NCBI GenBank assembly: GCA_026388655.1
Contig: JAPLJI010000004.1
Span: forward strand, 1,543-65,542
Direction of reading: 5' to 3'
From: Pseudomonadota bacterium
GTDB lineage: Bacteria > Desulfobacterota > JAPLJL01
Length of the DNA stretch: 64,000 nt
Both the position numbers and the translations under genes were made by a program. Shown in pieces: positions 50,021 through 59,964 of the stretch (positions within the stretch are counted from its first letter, which is position 1; each line of letters starts with the position of its first letter). Below the pieces are notes generated by a model, which was not told the origin of the DNA, made no database searches, and saw only the letters and a list, made by a program, of their open reading frames with translations.

Positions 50021-51031
50021 CTATGTAGGAAATATTTTAAGAATATCTGAAAAAATACTCTCTTCCCCTTCCCGCACTTTTTCCAGATCCCCCGCGGCTT
50101 TCTCGAGCAGGGAAACCTCCTTGGTCTCACTCACTTCTTTCAGGGTCACGGAAAGCTCGGTCCAGTCCCGCGCCACCTGCCGCATCCTCTCCGACAGGGA
50201 ATATTTCTTCATTTCCGGGAGAATTTCTTCCGCCTCCTTTAAAAAATCCGCGTACATCAGCCGGAAGGCGCCCCCGCCCGTCCCCCGGCGTTCGATCAGC
50301 TGGTAGGAAAAACGGGCGATCCATTCCATATCCTGCAAATCCTTCCAGCCCGGCATTTCGCGGACGGTGTTTTTCATCCCCTCCACGCCGCCGGGATAGT
50401 CCGGATCGCCGGTGGGCAGAAGCTCCTGGGCCTGTTTTCTCAAAGCCAGGGGAATCGCCACTTCGAGAGGATTCATTTTCACGTCCAAACGGGCGGGGAA
50501 ATAATTGTTCTCGAGAAAGAAGGGGAAAAAGTTGGAGGTCCGGGCTTTTTTCAGCGATTCATATGGGATCTCCTGCAAGCCTTCCCATTGGGTATCACCG
50601 ACGAGAACCACCCTTTTTTCGTCGTCATATCCCCAGACTGACACCACATGGCCGTTGAAATGGGTGGAGGATTTGTAATAGTCGATGTAAAAAATATCCG
50701 ACTGGATCAGGACGGGAACCCCCTGGCCGACGATCTCCTGGACCACCTGCAGGGCGTGGTCCGGATCGGGGTCGGTGTTCCAGAGAAAATCCATCCCCAG
50801 GCTGATGAAGAAATTGCCCTCGAGTCCGGCGCTCCGGGTAAAAAGCGCCCGGGTGGGCTTGTAGAGGTCTCCCTTCATATAATAGAAACCCAGGCCCGCC
50901 CCCAGTCCCAGGCAGAGGGGCTCGGAGAAATTCCGGCCGTAGAAGTACGAGATGCTGGAAAGCGCCGTCGAGGCGCAGTGCTTCCCGGGCCGGTGCACCC
51001 ATCCTTTGATAATTTTCTTCATGGGCGACAT
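50021..51031 (-). CDS. BtrH_N / DUF4872 family protein (papain-like fold with conserved Cys)
   Basis: 336 aa with the N-terminal KHCASTALSSISYFYG and GLGAGLGFYY motifs characteristic of the butirosin BtrH N-domain family. Confidence 0.55.
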   Translation of the reverse strand: MSPMKKIIKGWVHRPGKHCASTALSSISYFYGRNFSEPLCLGLGAGLGFYYMKGDLYKPTRALFTRSAGLEGNFFISLGMDFLWNTDPDPDHALQVVQEIVGQGVPVLIQSDIFYIDYYKSSTHFNGHVVSVWGYDDEKRVVLVGDTQWEGLQEIPYESLKKARTSNFFPFFLENNYFPARLDVKMNPLEVAIPLALRKQAQELLPTGDPDYPGGVEGMKNTVREMPGWKDLQDMEWIARFSYQLIERRGTGGGAFRLMYADFLKEAEEILPEMKKYSLSERMRQVARDWTELSVTLKEVSETKEVSLLEKAAGDLEKVREGEESIFSDILKIFPT

Positions 51032-51106
51032 TTTAGCATTCTTGTAGGATGGATATAATAAATCAGCATATTAATTCCAATGCTTATTTACACGAGTTTA
51101 TCAACT

Positions 51107-51250
51107 GTCATTCCCGCGAAAGCGGGAATCCAGATCCTTTTTGTCATCCCCGCGAAAGCGGGAATCCAGATCCTTTTTGTCATCCCCGCGAAAGCGGGAA
51201 TCCAGATCCTTTTTGTCATCCCCGCGAAAGCGGGGATCCAGGAGTGGAAA
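51107..51250. repeat. Tandem array, 4 x 36 bp, of the palindromic unit GTCAT(T/C)CCCGCGAAAGCGGGAATCCAGATCCTTTTT
   Basis: Exact head-to-tail copies with no spacers. Each unit contains a tcccgc/gcggga stem. A related half-unit follows at 51250-51304. Confidence 0.9.
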
Positions 51251-51332
51251 CTGGATTCCCCCGGATCAAGTCCGGGGCAGGCTTAGTCAAGCCCGGAATG
51301 ACAATCATTCTTTGCTGGATGGGGAAAGGAAA

Positions 51333-51779
51333 ATGAACTGCTTTCAATGCGGGGCGGAAATGACACCCGAGACCAAATTCTGTCCGAAGTGCGGCGTGAA
51401 AAACATGGAAAGAAGGATTTTACACCCCACCTGCCCCCGGTGCCGGAACGAATTTTCGGAGGGAACCAAGTTCTGTCCCCAGGATGGGTTGGAACTCCGG
51501 GATAAAGACGAGATCGCGTACGCGGATCTCCCCGGGGCTTACCAGAACGCCTTCAAGAAATTCAATCAAAAGGGATTCCGGCTGACCTGGAGCTGGATGG
51601 GTTTCTTCTTTGGCGGGATCTGGTACCTGGTCAAGGGAATGTGGGCCAAGGGGCTGATCATACTCTGCCTTACTGTGATCACCGCGTTTCACGCCTTCCC
51701 CTTCACCTGGCTTTACTGCGTCTTCTTCGGCAAATACGACTATTACCTTCTCAAGGTCAAGGACAAACAGCTCTGGTAA
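51333..51779 (+). CDS. Zinc-ribbon plus DUF2628-like small membrane protein
   Basis: Start reassigned to ATG 51333 (GGGAAAGGAAA RBS). Two CxxC-x-CxxC zinc-ribbon pairs precede a hydrophobic C-terminal domain. The upstream 64 codons of ORF 51141 merely translate the tandem repeat. Confidence 0.6.
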   Translation: MNCFQCGAEMTPETKFCPKCGVKNMERRILHPTCPRCRNEFSEGTKFCPQDGLELRDKDEIAYADLPGAYQNAFKKFNQKGFRLTWSWMGFFFGGIWYLVKGMWAKGLIILCLTVITAFHAFPFTWLYCVFFGKYDYYLLKVKDKQLW

Positions 51780-52095
51780 ACTAGTAAAGTTCAAATATCA
51801 AAGTTCAAATTTCAAATGAAGCTCAAAATCCAAATTTCAAATTGGAAAAATCAAGGAAAGTTATATTGAAATGGTAGAAAATATTTCTGTTCCCTCGAAC
51901 CCTATTTTAATAACAACCTATATTTTGTAGTTCGCCGATTAATCGGCGCTTTTAAAACCTGCCTGATGAATCGGGCAACTACAAGAAAAAATTAAATCGA
52001 TTGCGTTTCATGCTTTGCTCTGTGATTTCGCAGGCTGAAGCCTGCGGCTACAGCTCTCTGCCCTTTGCGCTTTGCCCTCTGCTTCAGCGGACCTT

Positions 52096-53256
52096 TTAGA
52101 GCGTATTCGCCACCACCATCCGCTGGACTTCCTGGGTTCCCTCGTAGATCTGGGTGATCTTGGCGTCCCGCATGTACCTTTCCACTGGGTATTCCTTGGA
52201 ATAACCGTAGCCGCCGAGAACCTGGACGGCTTCCACGGTGGCCCACATGGCCACGTCCCCGCAGAAAGTCTTGGCCGCCGAGGAAAGCCGGACCTGCTCC
52301 GGGAGAAGCCGGCTCAAATCCTTGGGACATTCCTGGAGCACCGAGGCGCACTTGTAAAGGAGCTGGCGGCCCGCCTCCACCTGGATGGCCATGTCCGCGA
52401 GCTTGAAGGAAATCCCCTGGAAGGACATGATCGAGCTCCCGAAGGCGATCCGTTCCTTGGCGTAATTGGTCGCGTACTCGGCCGCGCCCGCGGCGATCCC
52501 GAGGGCCTGGGCGGCGATCCCCGGCCGGCTGAAATCCAGGGTTTTCATCATGATGGTGAATCCCATCCCCTCCTGGACCAGGATGTTCTCCGCCGGCACC
52601 TTGCAGTCCTCGAAAATCAGCTCCACCGTGTCCGAGGAGCGGATTCCCATCTTGTCCTCTTTCTTTCCGACCTTGAAGCCGGGGGTATTCTTCTCCACGA
52701 TAAAAACGCTCCCCTGCCGGTGAGACTTCTGCTCCGGGTTGGTGATGGTGTAAATCGTCAGGGTGTCGGCCACCCCGCCGTTGGTGATGAAGTTCTTGCT
52801 CCCGTTCAGGACGTAGTAATCGCCCTTTTTCTCGGCCTTGCACTTCAACCGGGCTACGTCGGAGCCTCCGCTCGGCTCGGTCAGTCCGAAAGCCGCGAGC
52901 TGCTTGCCGGTGGAAAGCCCCGGCAGGTATTTGTCCCTCTGCTTGTCGTTGGCCGCCAGGAGAATCGGGAGCGAACCCAGCTCTTGCACCGCCGGCAGGA
53001 GTCCGACCGAGGCATCCACCTTGGAAAGCTCCTCGATCACCAGAATCAGGCTGAGCAGTCCGGAATCGGCCCCGCCGTATTTCTCAGGGAAATCAATCCC
53101 CAGGAGGCCATTGTCCCGCAAAAGCTGCGCCATCTCCCAGCTGAACTTGCCCTCTTTGTCACGGTGCTCGGCCCCCGGCTCCACCTGGGCCTTGGCCATC
53201 TTGCGGACGGTATCCTGCAGCATTTTTTGTTCTTCGGTCAGCTCGTACTGCGCCAT
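52096..53256 (-). CDS. Acyl-CoA dehydrogenase
   Basis: 386 aa with all three ACAD domains and the catalytic-base region YEGTQEVQRMVVA. Confidence 0.9.
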   Translation of the reverse strand: MAQYELTEEQKMLQDTVRKMAKAQVEPGAEHRDKEGKFSWEMAQLLRDNGLLGIDFPEKYGGADSGLLSLILVIEELSKVDASVGLLPAVQELGSLPILLAANDKQRDKYLPGLSTGKQLAAFGLTEPSGGSDVARLKCKAEKKGDYYVLNGSKNFITNGGVADTLTIYTITNPEQKSHRQGSVFIVEKNTPGFKVGKKEDKMGIRSSDTVELIFEDCKVPAENILVQEGMGFTIMMKTLDFSRPGIAAQALGIAAGAAEYATNYAKERIAFGSSIMSFQGISFKLADMAIQVEAGRQLLYKCASVLQECPKDLSRLLPEQVRLSSAAKTFCGDVAMWATVEAVQVLGGYGYSKEYPVERYMRDAKITQIYEGTQEVQRMVVANTL

Positions 53257-53346
53257 TTTGATTCTCCTTTCTTTCCTGCCCTTACTCCCCCAAAATAGGA
53301 ATGTTATTGTAGAATTTAGGAACTTGATAATTCAAGGGGGAATATT

Positions 53347-53763
53347 ATGGATGCCCAGGTCCGGCCGGATAAGATGAAAGCTCTCCAGGAAAAAATGGAT
53401 CGCTTGGGGATATTTGAAAAAGACCTGATCGAGAAATTCGTGCGCTCCGGCGGCAAGGGGGGCCAGAAGGTCAACAAGGCCTCTTCCTGCGTTTACCTGA
53501 AGCACCTACCCACCGGCGTCGAGGTCAAGTGCCAGCAGGAAAGATACCAGTCCCTGAACCGTTTCCTGGCCCGCCGCCTCCTGGCCGACAAAATCGAAAC
53601 CCTGGTCCGGGGCCAGCTCAGCCGGGAGGAGCAGGAAAGAGAAAAAATCCGCCGGCAGAAACGCCGGCGCTCCCGCCGGGCTAAAGCCAGGATGCTGGAG
53701 GATAAGCACGCTCAGTCCGATAAAAAGTTTCTGCGCTCGAAAGACTTTTCACTGGACGAATAG
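53347..53763 (+). CDS. arfB: Peptidyl-tRNA hydrolase ArfB (alternative ribosome-rescue factor B, ICT1/YaeJ family)
   Basis: 138 aa with the GGQ motif (SGGKGGQKVNK) and a basic C-terminal tail. Confidence 0.8.
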   Translation: MDAQVRPDKMKALQEKMDRLGIFEKDLIEKFVRSGGKGGQKVNKASSCVYLKHLPTGVEVKCQQERYQSLNRFLARRLLADKIETLVRGQLSREEQEREKIRRQKRRRSRRAKARMLEDKHAQSDKKFLRSKDFSLDE

Positions 53764-53902
53764 TTTATCCCGGCTGTTAGTCAGTCTTTCAATTCTCGGA
53801 CAAATTGCCGGCTCCCCTCCCTCGATGGCCTCCGGCTCTCCCCCATCAAGGGGGAGGGACATGGAATTTGCGTAATAAATCTGAAGATAGATGAAGTTTT
53901 GA

Positions 53903-54424
53903 TTAAGCCCGGGCTGAAGCGGCGAGATTCTTTTCCCAGGTCAGCTTGGCGTCGCCGGGGGCGTAGAAATCGTCCAGCCGTGAAGCCAGGCGGTAACCCG
54001 AGAGCTCGTAAAACCTCCAGGTCGGCTCGTAATCGGGCCGGGAGCTCGTTTCGATATAAACCCGTTCACCACCCAGTTTGCGAATTGCCTTCTCGGTTTC
54101 CGAAAGCAGAACCCGGCCGAACCCCTGCCGGCGCAATTCCTCGCTGACCGCGATCCAGTAAAGGTCGAAGCTTTTCTGGGTGCAGGGGATCGGACCGTAG
54201 CAGGTATACCCCACCACCCGGTTCTCAATCTCCGCGAAAAAGAAATGGTATCCGCTGGCCGGGCCCCGGGCGAGCCTCTCCTCGATCAACTCCTCCGCCA
54301 CCGCTATTTCAAAATCGAAAAAATATTTATTCGAAATCAGGATTTCCCTGACCGCCTTCGGATCACCCGGCAAAACCTTTTCCCTCAGTAAAATTTTCAG
54401 CTTTGCTGTTTCCTTCTTTTTCAC
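53903..54424 (-). CDS. GNAT-family N-acetyltransferase
   Basis: 173 aa with the acetyl-CoA binding motif RRQGFGRVLL. Confidence 0.8.
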   Translation of the reverse strand: MKKKETAKLKILLREKVLPGDPKAVREILISNKYFFDFEIAVAEELIEERLARGPASGYHFFFAEIENRVVGYTCYGPIPCTQKSFDLYWIAVSEELRRQGFGRVLLSETEKAIRKLGGERVYIETSSRPDYEPTWRFYELSGYRLASRLDDFYAPGDAKLTWEKNLAASARA

Positions 54425-54641
54425 TTCTCTTGAACCCTCGGCCCTTATCGTAGCCCGTTCTTTTCCGGTATTCCGTCTACGGTCTGCCGTCCGCTATTTT
54501 CTTTTTGGGGGGTGGTTTTCTGAAAACCCAAATAAACCAAAAAAATGCATTAAACGTTTTGCTCTATGCCCTATGCTCTTTGCGCTTTGCGCTTTGCCCT
54601 TTGCGGCGGTCGGCGGTCGGCCGTCTGCGGTCATTATGATT

Positions 54642-55655
54642 TTAGGCGGCATTATCACCGGGGGTCAACGTGCCCAGCGCGTCCTGGAGAAGCCGTTCAA
54701 TCACTTCGGGGAAAGTAATCCCCGCCCGGTGTAGGGCCGTGGCAAATCCGGCGTCCGGGGACAGGCAGGGATTGGCGTTTACCTCCAGAATCCAGGGCCG
54801 TTTTTCACCGTCGATACGGAAATCCACCCGGGCATAACCCCGGAGGCCGAAAATCTCCCAGGCCGCCAGGGAAATTTTTTCCAGCTTTTCAATGATCGGC
54901 TGATCCTCGGGGGGAAAATCGAGGCATGAAATCGTGTTCTGAAACTCGTAAGAACTCTCAACCCATTTGGCCTGGTAACCCACGATTTTGAGCCGATCCG
55001 GGCCATAGCCGGCAAACTGGATCTCTGTGGGCGGAAGCGCTTCCGGCCCCCGCGGCCCGGCCAGAAGCGTAACATTGATCTCCCGCCCTTCGACATATTG
55101 CTCGGCGAAGAAAGTCCGGCCGGATTTGTTTTCGGAAAGCTTCTTCAGCCGCTCGCGGAATGATTGTTCCCCCTCCACCTGCGCCACCGAATCGTCGTTG
55201 ATCAGCATGGAACCGTGTTCCCAGATCGATTTAAAGACCACGCGCTCTCCCGTTTTCGGCGTTCGCGCGAAAGGTTCATCCACCACCCACCAATCCGGGG
55301 TGGGCAGTCCTTCCCGGCGCATGATCTTCTTGGCGATCAGCTTGTTGGTGGAAAGCATCATCGGAATCGAAGGCACGCCGGTAAAAGGAATGCCCAGGGC
55401 CTCCAAAAACGCGGGCGCAAAATAAATCAGCCGTTCGTGAATGCCCACCGATTCCACCAGGTTGAATACACAAGCGGGCTTGACCCGGTCCAGAGCCCGG
55501 CTGATCTCCGCCAGATCAGACCCAAAGGGAACCGACTCGGGGCGATGTCCCAGCTCCACCAGGGCCCGGGTTACGGTTTCGCGCTGGGTTTCATTATCCA
55601 GCTCTTCCGGAGGGGCCCCGGGGTCAACAGGGTTGTGCAGAACCGCGACTTTCAT
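54642..55655 (-). CDS. ATP-grasp ligase of the D-alanine--D-alanine ligase family
   Basis: 337 aa with a pre-ATP-grasp N-domain and an ATP-grasp region (FVKSIWEHGS, EINVTLL, ILEVNANP). Confidence 0.7.
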   Translation of the reverse strand: MKVAVLHNPVDPGAPPEELDNETQRETVTRALVELGHRPESVPFGSDLAEISRALDRVKPACVFNLVESVGIHERLIYFAPAFLEALGIPFTGVPSIPMMLSTNKLIAKKIMRREGLPTPDWWVVDEPFARTPKTGERVVFKSIWEHGSMLINDDSVAQVEGEQSFRERLKKLSENKSGRTFFAEQYVEGREINVTLLAGPRGPEALPPTEIQFAGYGPDRLKIVGYQAKWVESSYEFQNTISCLDFPPEDQPIIEKLEKISLAAWEIFGLRGYARVDFRIDGEKRPWILEVNANPCLSPDAGFATALHRAGITFPEVIERLLQDALGTLTPGDNAA

Positions 55656-55963
55656 CTCTTGATGAATGGAGCCCCACGGGCAAAGCCAGTAGTACCTCCA
55701 TATTTATTACCCGCCGTCGCTTACCTGTCCGACATAGCTTTAGCGAAGTCGAAAGCTATGGCGGGTTATCCGCCTTAATGAATATGCGAACATCCGCCGA
55801 AGCTGGAATCAAAACCTCTTTCTTCCTTACCATCATCTTCCGCATTCATCTACGGCTAAAAGCCGTGGTTTTCTGCGGAGGCGGATAAATTTTCAGTAAG
55901 CGAACCCGGGATAATTTCTCCAGGTTCAATTTTCTCATTAATTAGCCTTGAAATATAGCCTGC

Positions 55964-57127
55964 TTATTTTTTCGGTCGGTCCGGCTTTTTTTCTTTCCGG
56001 GCCCGGGTCCAGGCCGACTTGACTATTTGACTGATGAGTTCCACATACGGCATCCCGATCGCGGTGCAGAGCATGGGGAGGTCGGAGTGGGTCGGGTGCA
56101 TTCCGGCCAGCGGATTTACCTCGAGAATATGCAGGCGGCCCCGGGCATCCTCACGCAGATCCACCCGGCCGGCGTCCCGGCATTTTAAAACCTGCCAGGA
56201 CTGCAAACCCAAAACGGCGGCTCGCCGGGCCTGGCGATCCCGGACCAGACGATAATCCACCAGGGTCTCGCAATATTCCTTATTCTGAAAAGAATAAACC
56301 CCTTCCTCCGCCCCGGGCTTCAAGGCGATCTCAAAAACCCCCAAGGCCCGGGCCTCGCGGCCGGATCCAAGAATCCCGACGGTGAATTCCCGCCCGGGCA
56401 GGTAGGTTTCGACCAGGACCGGCTGGCGGAATCTTTTCAGCAGGTCGCGCAAGACCCGGGCCAGGGTTCTCCGGTTTTCAATTTTGGACCAGGGCCCGAT
56501 CCCCTTGCTGGTCCCCTCGGCCACGGGCTTGGCGAAAAGCGGAAACGGAAGCCACACTTCCCGGATTTCCATTTCGCTTTCGACCAGGAAAAAATCCGGC
56601 GTTAATAACCCGGCGTCCCGGAGAACGTGCTTGGTAAAAGCCTTGTGCAGGGTCAGCCCGAGCACCACTGGGTCGGAAAAGGTGTACGGGATATTGTAAA
56701 CGTCGAGGATGGCCGGCACCTGGGCTTCCCGGGCCAGGCCGTACATTCCCTCGGCTACATTGAAAACCAGGTCCCAGCTCTCGCCGGCGGAAAGCCGCTT
56801 GATCAGACTCCGGGCGTTGCCGATCCGCCGGGTCCGGTAACCCAGGCGCCGCAGGGCCGATTCAATCTCGTTAATGGTTTCGGGCCGGTCAAACTCGGCG
56901 GTTTCCTCCTCGCCGAAACCTTCCCGGAGATAATCGTCCCGTAGATCATAGGTCAAACCGATCAGGATCTGGGATTTGCTTTTTTTCCTGGAAGCCATCG
57001 AGATTTTCCTGGCTGGCAAAATACTTCCGCTTTTCCGATCCGTCAAGAAATTTCCGGCCCGGGAGAACCCGGGCCGGCGGCCGACTGAATCTCGGAGAAA
57101 ATTTCCGCGAGGCTGAGATTTACTCAA
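55964..57127 (-). CDS. ATP-grasp ligase of the D-alanine--D-alanine ligase family (second copy)
   Basis: 387-aa ORF. An alternative start at ATG 56998 (MASRKK) is plausible. ATP-grasp motifs are present (LFAKPVAEGTSKGI, ILEVNPLAG). Confidence 0.7.
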   Translation of the reverse strand: MSKSQPRGNFLRDSVGRRPGFSRAGNFLTDRKSGSILPARKISMASRKKSKSQILIGLTYDLRDDYLREGFGEEETAEFDRPETINEIESALRRLGYRTRRIGNARSLIKRLSAGESWDLVFNVAEGMYGLAREAQVPAILDVYNIPYTFSDPVVLGLTLHKAFTKHVLRDAGLLTPDFFLVESEMEIREVWLPFPLFAKPVAEGTSKGIGPWSKIENRRTLARVLRDLLKRFRQPVLVETYLPGREFTVGILGSGREARALGVFEIALKPGAEEGVYSFQNKEYCETLVDYRLVRDRQARRAAVLGLQSWQVLKCRDAGRVDLREDARGRLHILEVNPLAGMHPTHSDLPMLCTAIGMPYVELISQIVKSAWTRARKEKKPDRPKK

Positions 57128-58400
57128 CCGGATCGGGATAGCTGAAAACCCGGTTCTGAAAATTTTTCAGCAGAATCTCATCCCGGTTCCGACCCACCAC
57201 CGACTCGGGGATCAGGGCGATTTTTCCCCCGCCCCCGGGCGCGTCAATCACGAAGTTCGGCACCGCGTAGCCGGAGGTATGACCCCGGAGGCCGGAGATG
57301 ATTTCCAATCCTTTTTCCACCGGGGTGCGAAAATGGGATGAACCCGTGATCGGATCGCATTGATATAAATAGTAGGGTCGGACCCGGATCCGCATCAGCC
57401 CCTGGAATAATTTTTTCATCGTCGCGAGGTCATCGTTTATCCCTTTAAGCAGGACGGTCTGGCTGCCGAGGGGGATCCCGGCGTCGGCCAGGCGCTCGCA
57501 GGCCCGGGTCACTTTCATGTTCAGCTCTTCCGGGTGGGTAAAATGAATGCTCATCCAGATCGGGTGGTAGCGCTTGAGCATCTGCGTGAGCTTGGGGGTG
57601 ATCCGCTGGGGCAGGGCCACGGGAGCCTTGGTGCCGATCCGAATGATCTCCACATGCCGGATTTGCCGGAGCCGGGAGAGCAGGTACTCCAGATTGTCGT
57701 CGGAAAGGGTGAGCGGATCTCCCCCGGAAAGGAGGACATCGCGAATCTCCCGGGTTTCCTCGATATACTCAATCGCCCGTTCCCAGCGCTCCCGGTTGGG
57801 GGCCACCCGCCCGGTGGCGACCATGCGCGAACGGGTGCAGTAACGGCAATGCACCGAGCAGGTATCGGACACCAGGAAAAGCAGGCGGTCGGGATAGCGG
57901 TGCACGATTCCCGGCACCGGGCTCATGGAATCCTCCGCCAGGGGATCTTCCGCTTCCCCCGGCGAGTGGATTAGCTCCTGGATTACCGGGATGACCGAGC
58001 GCCGCAAGGGATGGTCCGGGTTGTCCGGATCGAGAAGGCTGGCGTAATACGGTGTCACCGCCACCGGCAGGCGGTCCTTGAGCCGGGCGAATATTTCCTT
58101 CTCTCCGTCGCTGAAATTCAGGACGCGCGCCAGGGAATCATAATCGCGCAGCCGGTTCGAGAGCTGCCAGCGCCAATCATTCCATTCGATATCCGTGGTT
58201 TCCGGGAAGAAACGTCTCTGAAAACTTTTTACCCGACTTAGATTCGGCGGGGTTATTTTGGGAAACTCCCCCGCCAGGCGAGAATGTAAGGGGGACTCGA
58301 TTACAGCCGTCCCCGCGGACCCGGAGGAAAATTCAGGTTCCAGAGGATCCAAACTTGGAGGTTGTTCCGAAGCTACTCCGCTCTCATTCGAGGTTTCCAT
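57120..58400 (-). CDS. kamA: Lysine 2,3-aminomutase-family radical SAM enzyme (KamA/AblA-like)
   Basis: 426 aa with CSVHCRYCTRS (CxxxCxxC) radical-SAM motif and KamA-family N- and C-terminal regions (EWNDWRWQL). Confidence 0.85.
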   Translation of the reverse strand: METSNESGVASEQPPSLDPLEPEFSSGSAGTAVIESPLHSRLAGEFPKITPPNLSRVKSFQRRFFPETTDIEWNDWRWQLSNRLRDYDSLARVLNFSDGEKEIFARLKDRLPVAVTPYYASLLDPDNPDHPLRRSVIPVIQELIHSPGEAEDPLAEDSMSPVPGIVHRYPDRLLFLVSDTCSVHCRYCTRSRMVATGRVAPNRERWERAIEYIEETREIRDVLLSGGDPLTLSDDNLEYLLSRLRQIRHVEIIRIGTKAPVALPQRITPKLTQMLKRYHPIWMSIHFTHPEELNMKVTRACERLADAGIPLGSQTVLLKGINDDLATMKKLFQGLMRIRVRPYYLYQCDPITGSSHFRTPVEKGLEIISGLRGHTSGYAVPNFVIDAPGGGGKIALIPESVVGRNRDEILLKNFQNRVFSYPDPVE

Positions 58401-58849
58401 AAAATTGCCCCTCTCTTTTCTGGTTGAAAGTTGGTTCCGGGCGATAAAATCCCGAGGAAATTTCCGACGGCTCTTTCAGGCAGGACTCAATATTCCTATA
58501 TATGCTATCTATTAGGGAAATTATTTCCCATATGTCCGTGAAGTCCATATCTTGATGTTGATAATTCTATTATCCAATATATTGTATGTCAAGCAATTTT
58601 TCATAAAAATAAAAATCCGACTAACCGGCCGAAATGTTCTGAAATGAAAATAAAAACCGTCCAGTCGGTCCGTTTCGTCGAAAATTGTACACAAATTGGG
58701 GTGCTTTATAAGGAGTAAATCAAGAAAAAAATATTTTTTCGAGGGAGAATATGAACCTTAATGAACTTCACCGCGGCAAGACCGCGGGGAATTACAAGTT
58801 TAATTAGATCACGGTCCCGGGAAAAAACGTGGTGGGAAAAAATTCTTTT

Positions 58850-59706
58850 CTACTCGATCCCGACGATAACCCTGGCCAGCTTCTTCTTGGCCTCGAGATC
58901 TCCCTGCCGGAGAATCATCACCCGCTGGGCCTGGGGCGAGCCGGCGCCCTGCATCGCCTCGATCAGCGAGGTCGGCCCGGTCAGATTCTCGATCATCCTG
59001 CCGATTCTGATCCGGTTTTCCGTCGGAACGTCCGCGCGGGAGCGGAAATATTTTTCCACGTATCTGCCGACCTCCGGGGAATGCAGATCCTTCTCCGAGG
59101 GCAGGGTCGCCACAAAACCGCCGGCGATATCGTGGGAGAGGCGCGCGATCTCGTATAAAAATCTGGTCACATTCAACTTGGTGACATTGGCGTAAAGCGG
59201 GTTGACCACGAAAGCCCCGGCCTTGGTCCGGATTCCCAAGGTCGAGCGCGCAGCCTTCGAGCCGTCGGTGTCGTTCATCTGGCGTCCGAAAATCAGCTTG
59301 ATCCCCGGGGCGTCCAGTGGTAATCGGTCCCGTATTTCTGATCGATCTCGTAGGAAACCGAGTAAACCGCGTTTAACCCGTCGAATCCCACGCACCGCTG
59401 GAAACAGGCCGCGGTCTTCTGCCCGGCCAGCCTGAACATCTTCACCTTCTTGACCAGGTCCTCCCGGCTCTGGTGGATGTGCGTGAACCGGTTGATCCGC
59501 TCGCCGGAGAGATGCGAATCGGCGAGGAAAAGGTCCTGGTATTCCGGGATCAAGGCGAGCTCGTAGGTCATGGCCGCGCAGTTAAAATGCGGCTGGAACA
59601 GGGAATGCTCCGCGGGTTGGGAAATTTTCTGGCCCTGGGCGAAAACCTGCGGCCTTAATTTTCCCAGGCTTTCCCGGTAACCGTCGGCGGTCAGTATTTT
59701 CATCAT
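58850..59706 (-). pseudogene. abfD: 4-hydroxybutyryl-CoA dehydratase/vinylacetyl-CoA isomerase (AbfD, HpaB family) pseudogene with a roughly 200-codon internal deletion and a frameshift
   Basis: ORF 59293-59706 matches AbfD residues 1-135 (NCAAMTYELA, KTAACFQRCVGFD, YEIDQKYGT). ORF 58850-59395 matches the AbfD C-terminus (HGAGSPQAQRVMILRQG). The two ORFs overlap out of frame and the central catalytic region is absent. Confidence 0.7.
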
Positions 59707-59964
59707 TCCCCCCTCTTAAAATAATTACCAATTCTCAAGTCCCAATTTCCAAACTCAAAACCAGAAACATTTTTATGTCGGTGTTTTTAACTCGAAACTC
59801 GAAACTGTTTTTAAATTCCGCAATCCCTCCCCTCCGGCCTGTAAGCCTTACGGGCTGGAAGCGAGGGCCGGAGGCCGCAATCCACAATTCTCAGCAAGGC
59901 TGAAGCCTTGCCCTACATTTCCCCTTGGCCCCTGGAACCCTAGAACCCTTGAACCCTGGTTTTA

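Noticed and set aside
51107-51250. Possible CRISPR array (regular 36-bp repeats)
   Set aside because: The units abut directly with no intervening unique spacers, and no cas genes are nearby. It is a tandem repeat of a dispersed palindromic element.
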